From positions 160,001-224,000 of the forward strand of contig JBBIIG010000002.1 of the NCBI GenBank assembly GCA_037446635.1: DNA of 64,000 nt, read 5' to 3'. Made by a program: the position numbers and the translations under genes. Source of the stretch: a bacterium. GTDB taxonomy: Bacteria > Zhuqueibacterota > Zhuqueibacteria > Oceanimicrobiales > Oceanimicrobiaceae. Shown piece by piece: positions 10,471-20,298 of this stretch. Below the pieces are notes generated by a model, which searched no databases, had not been told where the DNA came from, and worked only from the letters and a program-made list of their open reading frames with translations. The stretch's first letter is position 1, and each line of letters begins with the position of its first letter.

Positions 10471-11964
10471 TCACTTCACATTCACCAAAACCCGAACGAC
10501 GCCGCTGCCGCTGCCATTAAATTCCTCCAAGGCTTTGCCGATGACCGCGCCCAGCATTCGTTCGCGTTCCGTGCCTTTCATAGCGTGCCCGGGGGTGCTC
10601 GCCGTCACCAGCAGATCGCCGCGGCGAATGGGGCCGTTCTCGCCGCAAACTTTGGTGGGAATCACCCCCACGACGCCCACCGGGATCGTGTCGCCGTGGT
10701 CCGCTTCGATGCCGCGCTCGGAAAGCAGCACACCCGGTTTGGCGGCATAAACTCCGATGACTCGCGTCGAATACGGCTCGTCGGATTTTTCCACGGCGCG
10801 ATCGCTGGCGGTTGAAATCACCAACACGTCGCCGGGCTCGTACTCTTCCACCAGGCCTTCGACGGCAAACGCTTCGGCTACGTCCGCGCCGCCAGTCTGG
10901 GTGCCGCCGTTGAAAAACGCTTTGCCGGTTTTATCGATGCGCGCCTGATTGGTGAAATTGCTTTGAAACACCGCGATGTTGCCGGAGAGGCCGGTGTGGT
11001 TGGCTACCAGTGCGCTGCCGGTGCCGGCGTTAGTAGCCAGCACACCCGCGCCCGCCGCGCGATGAAATCCCCAAACCCCGACGGTGATATTGGAGTTTGG
11101 GCTATCGTTTTGGCCGAAGACGGCCGCCGGCACCGAGTCGCGGTCGGTAAAGCCCCAGATCGCCGCTTCGACCAATTCCTGGGCGGTTGCATCCGGATGC
11201 AACAGCGGCGTGAGCCTTGGGGTGATGGCATTAATTTCATTTTGAGAAGATTTTAAAGACAGGCCGTTAATCGCCGCTTGGCTGCCGTGCACCTCCGCGC
11301 GTAGTCCCCCCGCAAATTGTCCCGCGCCCGTGGAGGTGAGATTTCCCTGCAGCCGCAAAGCGTCGCCGTTGGCTTGCTCGTTGGTCACCGCTACGGTCGC
11401 CGCCGCGCCATTATTTTGAAACTGCGCCGCCGCGCCCGCGCCGGTATTCGCAACCGAAAACGCAGCGATGGAACTGCCAACGCTGCCCACAAATGGTAGC
11501 TGCAATTGGCTGCCGCCGCTCGTGGCCGAGATCACAATGGACGATCCCTGGCGGGAGAGATGAATATTGCTGCCGGCCACCAACGCGCTATCGGCGAGGG
11601 AACGCGCGCTGAGGCTGTACGCCGCCGCCGTCAGTTCCACCCGCGGCAATAACTCCCCATCGCCGCCAACCGTGATTCCCAACCAGTAGGGTTTGTCAAA
11701 AGGCAAACTCAGCGGCTGGGTTTTTCCCAGCACGACATTGAACAATCCGTTGGTCGCGATAATAGTATGAACTTCCTGCCAAATGGGCTCGCCGCCCTGG
11801 GCTTGCTCGTAAAGCTTAAAAGTAAGTAGAAAATTTCCGCTCCGTGGATGGTTGTCGGCGTCGGTCAAAACGCCCTGGTAGCTAAGGGTTTGCGGCACCT
11901 GCGAGAAGGCTTCCGCCGCGAAAATGAAAATGATAAGTAGGCCAACCAACGATGCGATTCTCAT
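10471..11964 (-). CDS. Secreted fibre-like protein with C-terminal peptidase G2/IMC-like autocleavage domain
   Basis: Signal peptide; QVPQTLSYQGVLTD N-domain; Gly/Ala/Asn-rich middle; GADVAEAF...EPGDVLVI...VGVIPTKV...IRRGDLLV...IGKALE tail. Confidence 0.7.
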   Translation of the reverse strand: MRIASLVGLLIIFIFAAEAFSQVPQTLSYQGVLTDADNHPRSGNFLLTFKLYEQAQGGEPIWQEVHTIIATNGLFNVVLGKTQPLSLPFDKPYWLGITVGGDGELLPRVELTAAAYSLSARSLADSALVAGSNIHLSRQGSSIVISATSGGSQLQLPFVGSVGSSIAAFSVANTGAGAAAQFQNNGAAATVAVTNEQANGDALRLQGNLTSTGAGQFAGGLRAEVHGSQAAINGLSLKSSQNEINAITPRLTPLLHPDATAQELVEAAIWGFTDRDSVPAAVFGQNDSPNSNITVGVWGFHRAAGAGVLATNAGTGSALVANHTGLSGNIAVFQSNFTNQARIDKTGKAFFNGGTQTGGADVAEAFAVEGLVEEYEPGDVLVISTASDRAVEKSDEPYSTRVIGVYAAKPGVLLSERGIEADHGDTIPVGVVGVIPTKVCGENGPIRRGDLLVTASTPGHAMKGTERERMLGAVIGKALEEFNGSGSGVVRVLVNVK

Positions 11965-12466
11965 AAATTTCTCCCTGTTTAACCAATTCGATTACCAACC
12001 CGAAGAAGAAGTAGCCTTAATTGATACCAGCAGGGAGCGGAAATCGCAAAGAATCGATCTATTTTTTTGGCACGATGTTGATTTGAATGGGCAACATGCT
12101 TATCATTGCCCACTACCCAGAAATAGAACTCCGACCGGATTTCTAAGATACCATTTTTGATCTTTTCCATTTTTGATCTTTCTTCTTATTAAGTACGGCG
12201 CCTATTCCTCTAACCGCACTGCCAAAAGAGACGTTATATATAACTAATATTTTATTCGGATTAGATTGACTAACTATTTTGACAATTGGATAAATCAGAA
12301 AAGCCTTTAACTCTCAAAAGTTTAAAAATTTTTTGCTTCCACAAGTTAGCCAGCGAGTGTAATTTAATATTTAACGAATCCTCACAGATAAATTCCAAGG
12401 TCGCGATTATTTCATTGAATTTCTTTAAAAAAAGATGTAGTTTAATTTTAAAATTACTGAAAGATT

Positions 12467-14314
12467 ATGTTTACAAAAATATACGCTTTCGTTTTTGCCT
12501 TTGTGTTTATCACAGGCATTCATGCCGCAGGTCAGGATATCCTAACTTTTGGTCAAATCCAGCCGGGCATGCGCGGCGTGGGGCGAACAGTGTTCACGGG
12601 CGCGCAAATCGAAGAGTTTGAATTCGAGGTGCTGGACATCCTGCCCAATTTTCATTCCAAGCGCGACATCATTTTAGTGAAGCTCCTCGGCGAGAAAGTG
12701 GAGCACACCGGGGTGGTGGCTGGCATGAGCGGCAGCCCGGTGTACATCGATGGCAAGCTCATCGGTGCTTTGGCGTATCGTTTTGGAATATTCACCAAAG
12801 AGCCCATCGCCGGCATCACGCCCATCGAGCAAATGCTGGAAATTTTCGAGCATGATAAAGTGCGCGCCGAGGAGCTGGCGCTCAACCGCGGCTTCAATCC
12901 GCAATTTTTGGAAATGGCGGCCGGGGTGCGCGAGTTTTCGTGGGAGAGTCTGCTGCCGCCGCAGTTGCAGCAGCGCCAGGCTTTGCCCGCCGGCGTCGCC
13001 AACATTTTTCCGCTGGAGGTTCCGCTGGTGTTTGCCGGTTTTGAAAACAGCACGCTGCAAACCGCCGCGAATCTGTTTGGCGGCGGCCGCGGTTGGCAGG
13101 TGGTGAGCGGGGCAGGAAGCGCCGCCGAAAGCGAAAATCTCAACGCCACCTCGCTGCAGCCGGGCTCGGCCTTTTCGGTGGTGCTGGTGGATGGCGATTT
13201 GGGAATTCAAGCGACGGGCACGGTGACGTACTGCGACGGCAATCGCGTTTTGGGAATGGGGCACCCGTTTCTTGATTTCGGCGCGGTGACCCTGCCGCTG
13301 GCCGAAGCCAAGATTTTGACCACGCTGTCGAGCGCGATGGCTTCCACCAAAATTTCCGCGCCGACGCGGGTGGTGGGCGCCGTGCACCAGGATCGCACCA
13401 CCGGCATCCTGAGCGTGGTCGGCGAAACGGTAGAGATGCTGCCGCTGCGCATTCGCTTTCAGTCGAAACTGCAAAATGAGGTGGAATTTAATTTTCGGAT
13501 TGCGCAAGACCGGAGTTTGAATTCGTTTACGCCGCTGCTGTTTGCGCTGGTGATCAGCGACGCGCTGGAATCGGCCCGCCTTTCTTTCGGCAACGCCACT
13601 CTGCAAATGGAAGGAAAGATCAATTTAAAAAATCATCGGCCCATCACTTTGCAAAATCACTTCGCCGGCAGCGCGCCCTCGGCGTTCATCACCGATGGCA
13701 TGGAGGCGACCGGCGAAATTGCCGGCGTCATCGGCGCGCTGCTTGCCAACGATTTTGAAAGCCCGAAGATCGAATCGGTGGAGCTGAATTTTACTTCGCT
13801 TCCCAAAAAGAGCCTGGCCACGGTGCAGCGCATCGAGGTGGATAAAACCATCGTCAAGCCCGGCGATAAAATTGTACTGACGGTTTATGTCAAAGAATTT
13901 CAGGGCAAAGAGATCAAGCTGCAGCGCGATGTTCTCGTGCCCGATAATATCGAATCCAAGCGGCTGACGGTGTTCGCCGGCAGCGGCAGTTTGCTGCGGC
14001 AACTGGAGTTCCGTTCGGCGCCGCAGAAATTTCGCCCCCGCAGCTTCAAGCAACTACTTGAGCTTTTGGAGAATCGCCGCAAAAACAATTTCGTCTTTTT
14101 GCAGCTTCGTGAAATCAACCGCGGCGTTTTGGTTGAAGGAGAAGAGTTCCCAAGCCTTCCGCCCTCGGTTTTGTCGATTATGAACGCTCAGAAATCATCT
14201 GGAAACGTAGTGCTTATGCGCGAGCGGGTTTTGCATGAAGAAAACGTACAATTGGACTTTTCGATTTCCGGCGGCCGCACCATTGCTTTGAAGGTCGAGC
14301 CGAAAGATGAATAA
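12467..14314 (+). CDS. SpoIVB peptidase S55 domain protein, secreted
   Basis: Signal peptide; GMRGVGRTVF, VAGMSGSPVYIDGKLIGA (catalytic Ser), GTVTY, MGHPF. Confidence 0.88.
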   Translation: MFTKIYAFVFAFVFITGIHAAGQDILTFGQIQPGMRGVGRTVFTGAQIEEFEFEVLDILPNFHSKRDIILVKLLGEKVEHTGVVAGMSGSPVYIDGKLIGALAYRFGIFTKEPIAGITPIEQMLEIFEHDKVRAEELALNRGFNPQFLEMAAGVREFSWESLLPPQLQQRQALPAGVANIFPLEVPLVFAGFENSTLQTAANLFGGGRGWQVVSGAGSAAESENLNATSLQPGSAFSVVLVDGDLGIQATGTVTYCDGNRVLGMGHPFLDFGAVTLPLAEAKILTTLSSAMASTKISAPTRVVGAVHQDRTTGILSVVGETVEMLPLRIRFQSKLQNEVEFNFRIAQDRSLNSFTPLLFALVISDALESARLSFGNATLQMEGKINLKNHRPITLQNHFAGSAPSAFITDGMEATGEIAGVIGALLANDFESPKIESVELNFTSLPKKSLATVQRIEVDKTIVKPGDKIVLTVYVKEFQGKEIKLQRDVLVPDNIESKRLTVFAGSGSLLRQLEFRSAPQKFRPRSFKQLLELLENRRKNNFVFLQLREINRGVLVEGEEFPSLPPSVLSIMNAQKSSGNVVLMRERVLHEENVQLDFSISGGRTIALKVEPKDE

Positions 14315-14320
14315 AAAAAC

Positions 14321-16543
14321 GTGAAAGGTGAAAATGTGAGACGTAAAACGTTCGGATTTTTCGGCGTCAAAATTCTTGCCGCTCAAATTTTTCTGCTGGC
14401 GACGGTCTCGCTGCTGTGCGCTTCCACTCCCAAAATAGTCACCTATCGCACGCAAAAGGATTTCGAGAAAGGCAAACCGCGCGGGGTATCGATCAACAGC
14501 CGCGGAGAGGTTATGTTGGCGCCAGCGAGTTCATTGTTGATCAATCAGGAGATACCGTGCATTTGGTCGGGCGCAGCAGATGCGCTAGGAAATTTATACG
14601 TGGCCGGCGGCGGCAATACCGGGGTCATTTTTAAAATCGATGCCAACGGCCGCTCCGAGCGCTTTTTCGATTCGGAAAAATTTCAGATGTATGCCCTTGC
14701 GGTGAATAAACAAAACCAGCTTTTTGCCGCCACTTCGCCGCAGGGTAAGGTTTATGCCTTTCCTAAAACTGGCACTGTTCAATTAAGCGATGCTGGTTTT
14801 TTTGATACGGAGGACATATATATTTGGGATTTGGCGTTTGATGGCCAGAACAATCTTTACGTCGCCACGGGTGAAAAGGGCAAAATATATAAAGTTGATA
14901 GCGCTGGCCGCGGCGCGCTGTTTTATGAAAGCGAAGACACTCACATCCGTAAAATCAGGTTTGATTTGGCGGGTAATCTGATCGTTGGCACCTCCAACAA
15001 AGGCATCGTCCTCAAATTGGATTCGCAGGGGCGGGCCTTTGTGCTGTACGATTCACCCATGGTGGAAATCACCGATATTGTGCTTGATCGGTCAGGGAAT
15101 ATTTATGCGTCGGCGGCGGGCGAGGAACGGCTGCAAGCCCCGGCGCCGCCGGGTCAAGCGCCGCCGGTGGGGCCGGCGAATGAACCCGAGGAGATGGTTT
15201 CCGAAGATGATGAATTGGATACTCAGGTTCAGGTTATTGCGGGCGCGGTTCCACCCGCCCTCAGTAAACCCGGCAGCGAACTCTATCGCATCGACAAAGA
15301 TGGCGTGGTGAAGACCCTGTGGCGGACGCGCAGCGAACGGATTTTTGCGATGGCATTGGATAAATCTGACAATATCGTGGTGGGCGTCGGCGATTCCGGA
15401 CGGCTCTACTCCATCGACCCGGCCGGCGAGCACGCGCTGCTTTTGGCGCTCGATGAAACTCAGATTACCACACTCGGAAAGGATTCGCAAGGGCAGATTT
15501 TTTTGGGCGCCTCCAATGCCGGGAAAGTGTATCGCCTTAGCGACGACTTCAACCTCAAGGGCGAGTATCTTTCCGATGTGATTGACGCCGGCGTGGTTTC
15601 GCAGTGGGGCGCGATCAGTTGGGACGCGGGCTTCACTGGCGGCGCAGTGGCGTTGTATTCGCGATCCGGCAACACCGAGCAGCCCGATAAAACCTGGAGC
15701 CCGTGGTCAACGAAGTATGCCGCGGCCAGCGGCGAAGCCATCGCCAGCGCGCCGGCGCGTTTCATCCAGTTCAAAGCCGAGTTGACGACTACCGACAGCC
15801 GTCGCACGCCGGTTCTGCGCGCAGTGTCATTTTCGTATTTGCAAAAAAATCTGCCGCCGGAGGTCATCGAAATTTCTATTCTCCCGCCCGGCGAATACTA
15901 CCCCGACGCCGCTGGCAACTCAGCGTCCGAGTCGCATCTCAGCAACAGTACAGCCGGCCAGAGCTCTCAATCTCAGTACACCGGCCGCAAAAGTTTTCAA
16001 AAAGGCTATCGTTCGGTGAGCTGGAAAAGCCGCGATGACAACGGCGATAATTTATCGTTCGATCTTTTTTACAGCAGCGCCGCCAACCCGAACTGGCAAA
16101 CCCTGGTGAAGGACTTTCGCGGCAGCGTTTATTCGTGGGATAGCGAGCTGATGCCGGACGGCGAGTACCAGATCAAAATCGTCGCCAAAGACGGTCTCTC
16201 CAATCCGCCGGCTTTGGCGCTAAATTCAGAAAAGATCAGCCAGCCGTTTAGGGTAGATAATAGCGGCCCGCGGGTGTCGGAAGTGAAGGTGGTAAAAGTC
16301 GCAAACGGCGCGAAAGTTACGTTTGCGGTCGAGGATGAGTTGTCGCTGGTGAGCAAAGTGGAATACGGCTTGAATGTCGATGAGTGGAAATTAGTGTATC
16401 CGGTGGACGGAATTTGTGATTCGAAACTGGAAGGGTTTGAAATCGTGATCGACGCCAGTCAGAAAGGCCGCCATTCCCTGGTGATCAAAGCGCAAGATGA
16501 ATGGGGCAACCTCGGGTTTGGCAAAACCAATATCGAATTATAA
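14321..16543 (+). CDS. Secreted beta-propeller repeat protein with C-terminal beta-sandwich domains
   Basis: Repeated blades (DALGNLYVA, FDGQNNLYVATG, DRSGNIYAS); RSGNTEQPDKTWSPWS; PDGEY; start uncertain. Confidence 0.75.
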   Translation: MKGENVRRKTFGFFGVKILAAQIFLLATVSLLCASTPKIVTYRTQKDFEKGKPRGVSINSRGEVMLAPASSLLINQEIPCIWSGAADALGNLYVAGGGNTGVIFKIDANGRSERFFDSEKFQMYALAVNKQNQLFAATSPQGKVYAFPKTGTVQLSDAGFFDTEDIYIWDLAFDGQNNLYVATGEKGKIYKVDSAGRGALFYESEDTHIRKIRFDLAGNLIVGTSNKGIVLKLDSQGRAFVLYDSPMVEITDIVLDRSGNIYASAAGEERLQAPAPPGQAPPVGPANEPEEMVSEDDELDTQVQVIAGAVPPALSKPGSELYRIDKDGVVKTLWRTRSERIFAMALDKSDNIVVGVGDSGRLYSIDPAGEHALLLALDETQITTLGKDSQGQIFLGASNAGKVYRLSDDFNLKGEYLSDVIDAGVVSQWGAISWDAGFTGGAVALYSRSGNTEQPDKTWSPWSTKYAAASGEAIASAPARFIQFKAELTTTDSRRTPVLRAVSFSYLQKNLPPEVIEISILPPGEYYPDAAGNSASESHLSNSTAGQSSQSQYTGRKSFQKGYRSVSWKSRDDNGDNLSFDLFYSSAANPNWQTLVKDFRGSVYSWDSELMPDGEYQIKIVAKDGLSNPPALALNSEKISQPFRVDNSGPRVSEVKVVKVANGAKVTFAVEDELSLVSKVEYGLNVDEWKLVYPVDGICDSKLEGFEIVIDASQKGRHSLVIKAQDEWGNLGFGKTNIEL

Positions 16544-16569
16544 TGGCAAGAAAGGTTGTGTGATTTTTA

Positions 16570-17562
16570 ATGACGGACCGGGCAGCGTTGAAGAAAGTGA
16601 AGGATTGCATAGATGGCGGAAAAACCTTCGTCTTAACAACCCATGTCAACCCCGACGGCGACGGCCTCGGCTGCGAAGCGGCGTTAGCGGCCTGGCTGAT
16701 GGATCTCGGGAAAGATGTTTATATTTTTAACAGCAGCCCGACGCCTGCAAATTACAAATTTCTCGACCCCGACAAACTCATGAAAGTTTACAACCGCGAT
16801 CGGCATCGCGAAACGCTGCTCGCCGCAGACTACGTGATCATTTTGGACATCAGCGACTGGAAGCGCCTGCGGGAGCTGGGCGAAGATGTTAGGTTCGCAT
16901 CCGTTCCCAAAATATGTATCGATCACCATCCGCAGCAGGATAAGTTTGTCGATCTCAAAGTCGTCAATGTCAACGCCTGCGCCACCGGTGAGATCGTCTT
17001 CGATTTGCTCAAGTTTTCGGAAGCGAAAATTACCCGCCGCATCGCTGAAGCGCTTTATGCCAGCATCATCACCGACACTGGCGGCTTCCGCTTTTCCAAC
17101 ACTAACCCCCGTGCCTTTCAAATTTGCGGCGAGCTGGCGGAAACGGGCATCAATCCGCCGCGAATTTATCAGGAGATTTATGAACAACAACCGATGAGCA
17201 AAGTCCGATTGTTCGCTTATGTGCTCAACCATTTGCGGTTTGAGGATAAAGGGCGGGTGGCGTGGTTTGAAATCACCCGCGAGGTGCTGGCGGAAAAAAA
17301 CGCCAACACTTATGATACCGAGGGTTTCGCGGACTACCCGCGCTCCATCGACGGCGTTGAGGTGAGCATCATGTTCATTGAATTGGAAGACCATAAATTC
17401 AAAGTGAGCTTGCGTTCGCGCGGCAATTATGTGATCAATGGCATCGCGCAAAAATTCGGCGGCGGCGGCCACCCCTACGCCGCCGGCATCATGATCGAGG
17501 GCAGCATGAAAGCGCACATTCCGCGCATCCTCGAAGAAGTTTCCTACCTGTTCGAGAAGTGA
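16570..17562 (+). CDS. nrnA: DHH family oligoribonuclease/PAP phosphatase NrnA
   Basis: THVNPDGDG, IDHH, TDTGGF, SLRS, GGGGHPYAAG. Confidence 0.93.
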   Translation: MTDRAALKKVKDCIDGGKTFVLTTHVNPDGDGLGCEAALAAWLMDLGKDVYIFNSSPTPANYKFLDPDKLMKVYNRDRHRETLLAADYVIILDISDWKRLRELGEDVRFASVPKICIDHHPQQDKFVDLKVVNVNACATGEIVFDLLKFSEAKITRRIAEALYASIITDTGGFRFSNTNPRAFQICGELAETGINPPRIYQEIYEQQPMSKVRLFAYVLNHLRFEDKGRVAWFEITREVLAEKNANTYDTEGFADYPRSIDGVEVSIMFIELEDHKFKVSLRSRGNYVINGIAQKFGGGGHPYAAGIMIEGSMKAHIPRILEEVSYLFEK

Positions 17563-17682
17563 TCTGATATTCAACAAAAATCGACTTTTTGGGCGCCTCG
17601 ATAAAGTATTCCGCGTTTTCTGCCGATTTTTAAATAAAACAAAAATTTCAAATTTTTTAATGGCGAGGAGAGCAGACTGGTT

Positions 17683-19137
17683 ATGATGGAAGGCGCCTTC
17701 CAAAAAGTTTTATTGCTCAAAAGCGATTGCGAACAAGCCGATTTGATTGAGGAAAAGCTTTCGAAGGTTAACTCTAAACTTCAGATTGACGCGCTTCGGC
17801 TAAGTGAATACACCGCCGAAACGGTTTCTAAAAATAATTATAAGACGATCGTTTTAGACTACCGTCTGCCTAAGCAAGACGTTTCCGCAATTTTAGCGCA
17901 ACTGAAAAAAGACCGAGTCCTCGCGCCGATAATTGTGCCGTTCGGAAATGATAATGGAGAGATTTTAATTAAAGCGGTCAAGCATGGCGCCACCGATGAT
18001 GTAGTTGTTCATGAGAAAGATTACCTGACGGTTCTGCCACAAGTCATTCAGAAAACCATCGACCAATACCAGTTGGATATCTGCTGGCGGAATTTGATCT
18101 TAAACAGCAAACGGAAATTACAGAACACCTTTGACGCCATCACCGACATCATTTTTCAAATTAATCACAAATCCGAAATCACGATGGCGAACCGAACGCT
18201 GGCCAACCTGTGCCACACCCAGCCGGAGAAACTCATCGGCCGCAAATTCTATGAAGTCTTTGGCCAAAGCCATACTGCCGCCAGCATTGTTTCGACCTTT
18301 CGCACCTGCGAGCCGATTAATTTCGAGGAGACGATTAACGGTGAAATTTATGAAATCCGCAGTTACCCGGTTTTTGGTGAAAACGGCAAGGTGGAGCTGG
18401 TAACGGCCTACTGCAAAAACGTCACTGAAAAAAAGCACCTGGAAAAATCCCTCATTCAATCGGAAAAGCTGGCGGCCATCGGGCTGCTTTCGTCGGGCAT
18501 CGCCCATGAGCTGCGCAATCCCCTCAACATCATCGAGACCGCGCGCTATTTCATGAGCGAATTTTTGCCGGTGGAAGATCAAGAAATGCGCGACAAGCTG
18601 GAAATCATCCGCAAGAACATTCAGCGGGCGTCCAGCATCATCAACAATTTGCTGGAGTTTTCGTGCAACTCGCAGCAGGAGCGCGAGCCCATCCACTTGC
18701 GCCAAATTATCGAAAACACCATCTCGTTGATCGGCAAACAGCTCTCCTCCCACAACATCGATTTTTCTTTTGTCAGCGCTGAAGATTATGTGGCGTATTT
18801 CAATGCCGACTCCATCAAACAGGCTTTGTTGAATATTATCATCAACGCCATTCATGCCATGCCGAACGGCGGCCGGCTGACCATCAGCGTCGAGCCTTAC
18901 GGCCGCGATTTCGTCAACGTGCGCATCGCCGACACCGGCGTGGGCATCCCGGAAGAAAACCTGCCCCACATTTTCACGCCGTTTTTCACCACCAAAGAAG
19001 TAGGAGTTGGCACGGGCCTCGGTCTGTTTGTGACCCACGTGCTCATCGAACGCGAGGGCGGAAAAGTCTCGGTTCAAAGCCAGGTCAACGAGGGCACCAC
19101 CTTCACGCTCACCCTGCCGCGGTTTAAAGAAAAATAG
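17683..19137 (+). CDS. Sensor histidine kinase (atypical receiver + PAS + HisKA + HATPase)
   Basis: GIAHELRNPL H-box; NAIHAM; DTGVGI; FFTTK; GTGLGL; N-terminal VLDYRLP. Confidence 0.9.
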   Translation: MMEGAFQKVLLLKSDCEQADLIEEKLSKVNSKLQIDALRLSEYTAETVSKNNYKTIVLDYRLPKQDVSAILAQLKKDRVLAPIIVPFGNDNGEILIKAVKHGATDDVVVHEKDYLTVLPQVIQKTIDQYQLDICWRNLILNSKRKLQNTFDAITDIIFQINHKSEITMANRTLANLCHTQPEKLIGRKFYEVFGQSHTAASIVSTFRTCEPINFEETINGEIYEIRSYPVFGENGKVELVTAYCKNVTEKKHLEKSLIQSEKLAAIGLLSSGIAHELRNPLNIIETARYFMSEFLPVEDQEMRDKLEIIRKNIQRASSIINNLLEFSCNSQQEREPIHLRQIIENTISLIGKQLSSHNIDFSFVSAEDYVAYFNADSIKQALLNIIINAIHAMPNGGRLTISVEPYGRDFVNVRIADTGVGIPEENLPHIFTPFFTTKEVGVGTGLGLFVTHVLIEREGGKVSVQSQVNEGTTFTLTLPRFKEK

Positions 19138-19257
19138 CTCCCGCCTGAGATCTTAGGAAACGGCCGGTGTGGAACACGGATTCGAGAAAATATCGGATTA
19201 AAAATCCGATGCTTTCTAATGATCCGAGTTCTTATTTGAGCATCTTTAAAACTTTGT

Positions 19258-19286
19258 TTGACAAAATCGCATAATATCCTTACATT
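19258..19286 (+). promoter_or_regulatory. Sigma70-like promoter
   Basis: TTGACA-N17-TACATT upstream of the polyprenyl synthetase operon. Confidence 0.7.
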
Positions 19287-19323
19287 TAGCCGATTTTGAT
19301 TTTCAAAACAAAGAGGGAGGCGA

Positions 19324-20298
19324 GTGTCGCTAAACGAAATCTATAAACCGATTAAGCAAGAGTTGGCGGCGTATGAAACGGAATTCCGCAAGCTTTTGAA
19401 ATCGAATGTTTTCATCATCGACAAAGTGGTGCAGTACATCATTGCCAATAAGGGCAAACGGTTGCGGCCGATTTTGGTGATTCTCACCAGCAAGCTGCAC
19501 AACGGCCAGGCGCTCGACAGCCGCAATCTCAAAGCCGCGGCGATCATGGAGCTGTTCCACACCGCCACCCTGGTGCACGATGACGTGGTGGACGGCTCCC
19601 ACCAGCGGCGGGGCATGCCCTCCATCAATTCCATTTGGAAAAACAAAGTCTCGGTGCTGATGGGCGATTATCTTTTTTCCAAAGCGCTGCTGGCGATGTT
19701 GAGCTTGAAAAGCTTGCGGGCGTACGAAATCATCTCCGAAACCGCCGAACGGATGGCGCAGGGCGAGCTGTTGGGCGTGGAGCGCAGCAAAGATTTTTGG
19801 ATGGACGAGCAGGTCTATTTTCAATTGATTGCGGACAAAACCGCCTCGCTGCTGTCGGCGGCGTGCCAATTGGGCGCGGTGTCCTCCAGCGACCGCGAAG
19901 ACGACATCGCCGCCATGAAAAGCTTCGGCGAAAACCTCGGCATCGCCTTTCAAATCCGCGACGATCTGCTCGATATTTTGGGTGTCGAAAAAACCACCGG
20001 CAAACCGCTCGGCAACGACATCCGCGAAAACAAAGTGACGCTGCCGCTGCTGTACGCGCTGAAGCAAGCCGAGCGCCGCGAAGCCCGCCGCATCATTAGT
20101 CTTATGCGGAGGAAGGACAAGCGCCACTTGCAGGAGATTATCGAATTCGTCAAAACCCACGGCGGCGTTGACTACGCGATGCAGGTTGCCAACGAGTACA
20201 GCGCCAAGGCCCTGCGCACTCTGGAGCGCTATCCGGAATCGGAATATAAAAAATCGCTGGTCGCCCTGGTGAAGTTCATTACCACGCGTGAGAGTTGA
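19324..20298 (+). CDS. Polyprenyl diphosphate synthase (IspB-like)
   Basis: GKRLRP, LVHDDVVD..RRG, KTASL, AFQIRDDLLD. Confidence 0.95.
   Translation: MSLNEIYKPIKQELAAYETEFRKLLKSNVFIIDKVVQYIIANKGKRLRPILVILTSKLHNGQALDSRNLKAAAIMELFHTATLVHDDVVDGSHQRRGMPSINSIWKNKVSVLMGDYLFSKALLAMLSLKSLRAYEIISETAERMAQGELLGVERSKDFWMDEQVYFQLIADKTASLLSAACQLGAVSSSDREDDIAAMKSFGENLGIAFQIRDDLLDILGVEKTTGKPLGNDIRENKVTLPLLYALKQAERREARRIISLMRRKDKRHLQEIIEFVKTHGGVDYAMQVANEYSAKALRTLERYPESEYKKSLVALVKFITTRES

Noticed and set aside
12066..12084. Sigma54 promoter (TGGCACG)
   Set aside because: The -12 element is GA at the wrong spacing, not GG-N10-GC.
11979..12170. 63-aa ORF in the divergent intergenic region
   Set aside because: No motif, and its start lies within the tandem repeat; more likely regulatory DNA.
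16684..17703. Long antisense ORFs (also 12674-13606, 18118-19077, 21377-22423, 37853-38872 and others)
   Set aside because: Shadow frames of well-supported genes with GC-rich third positions; no protein motifs.
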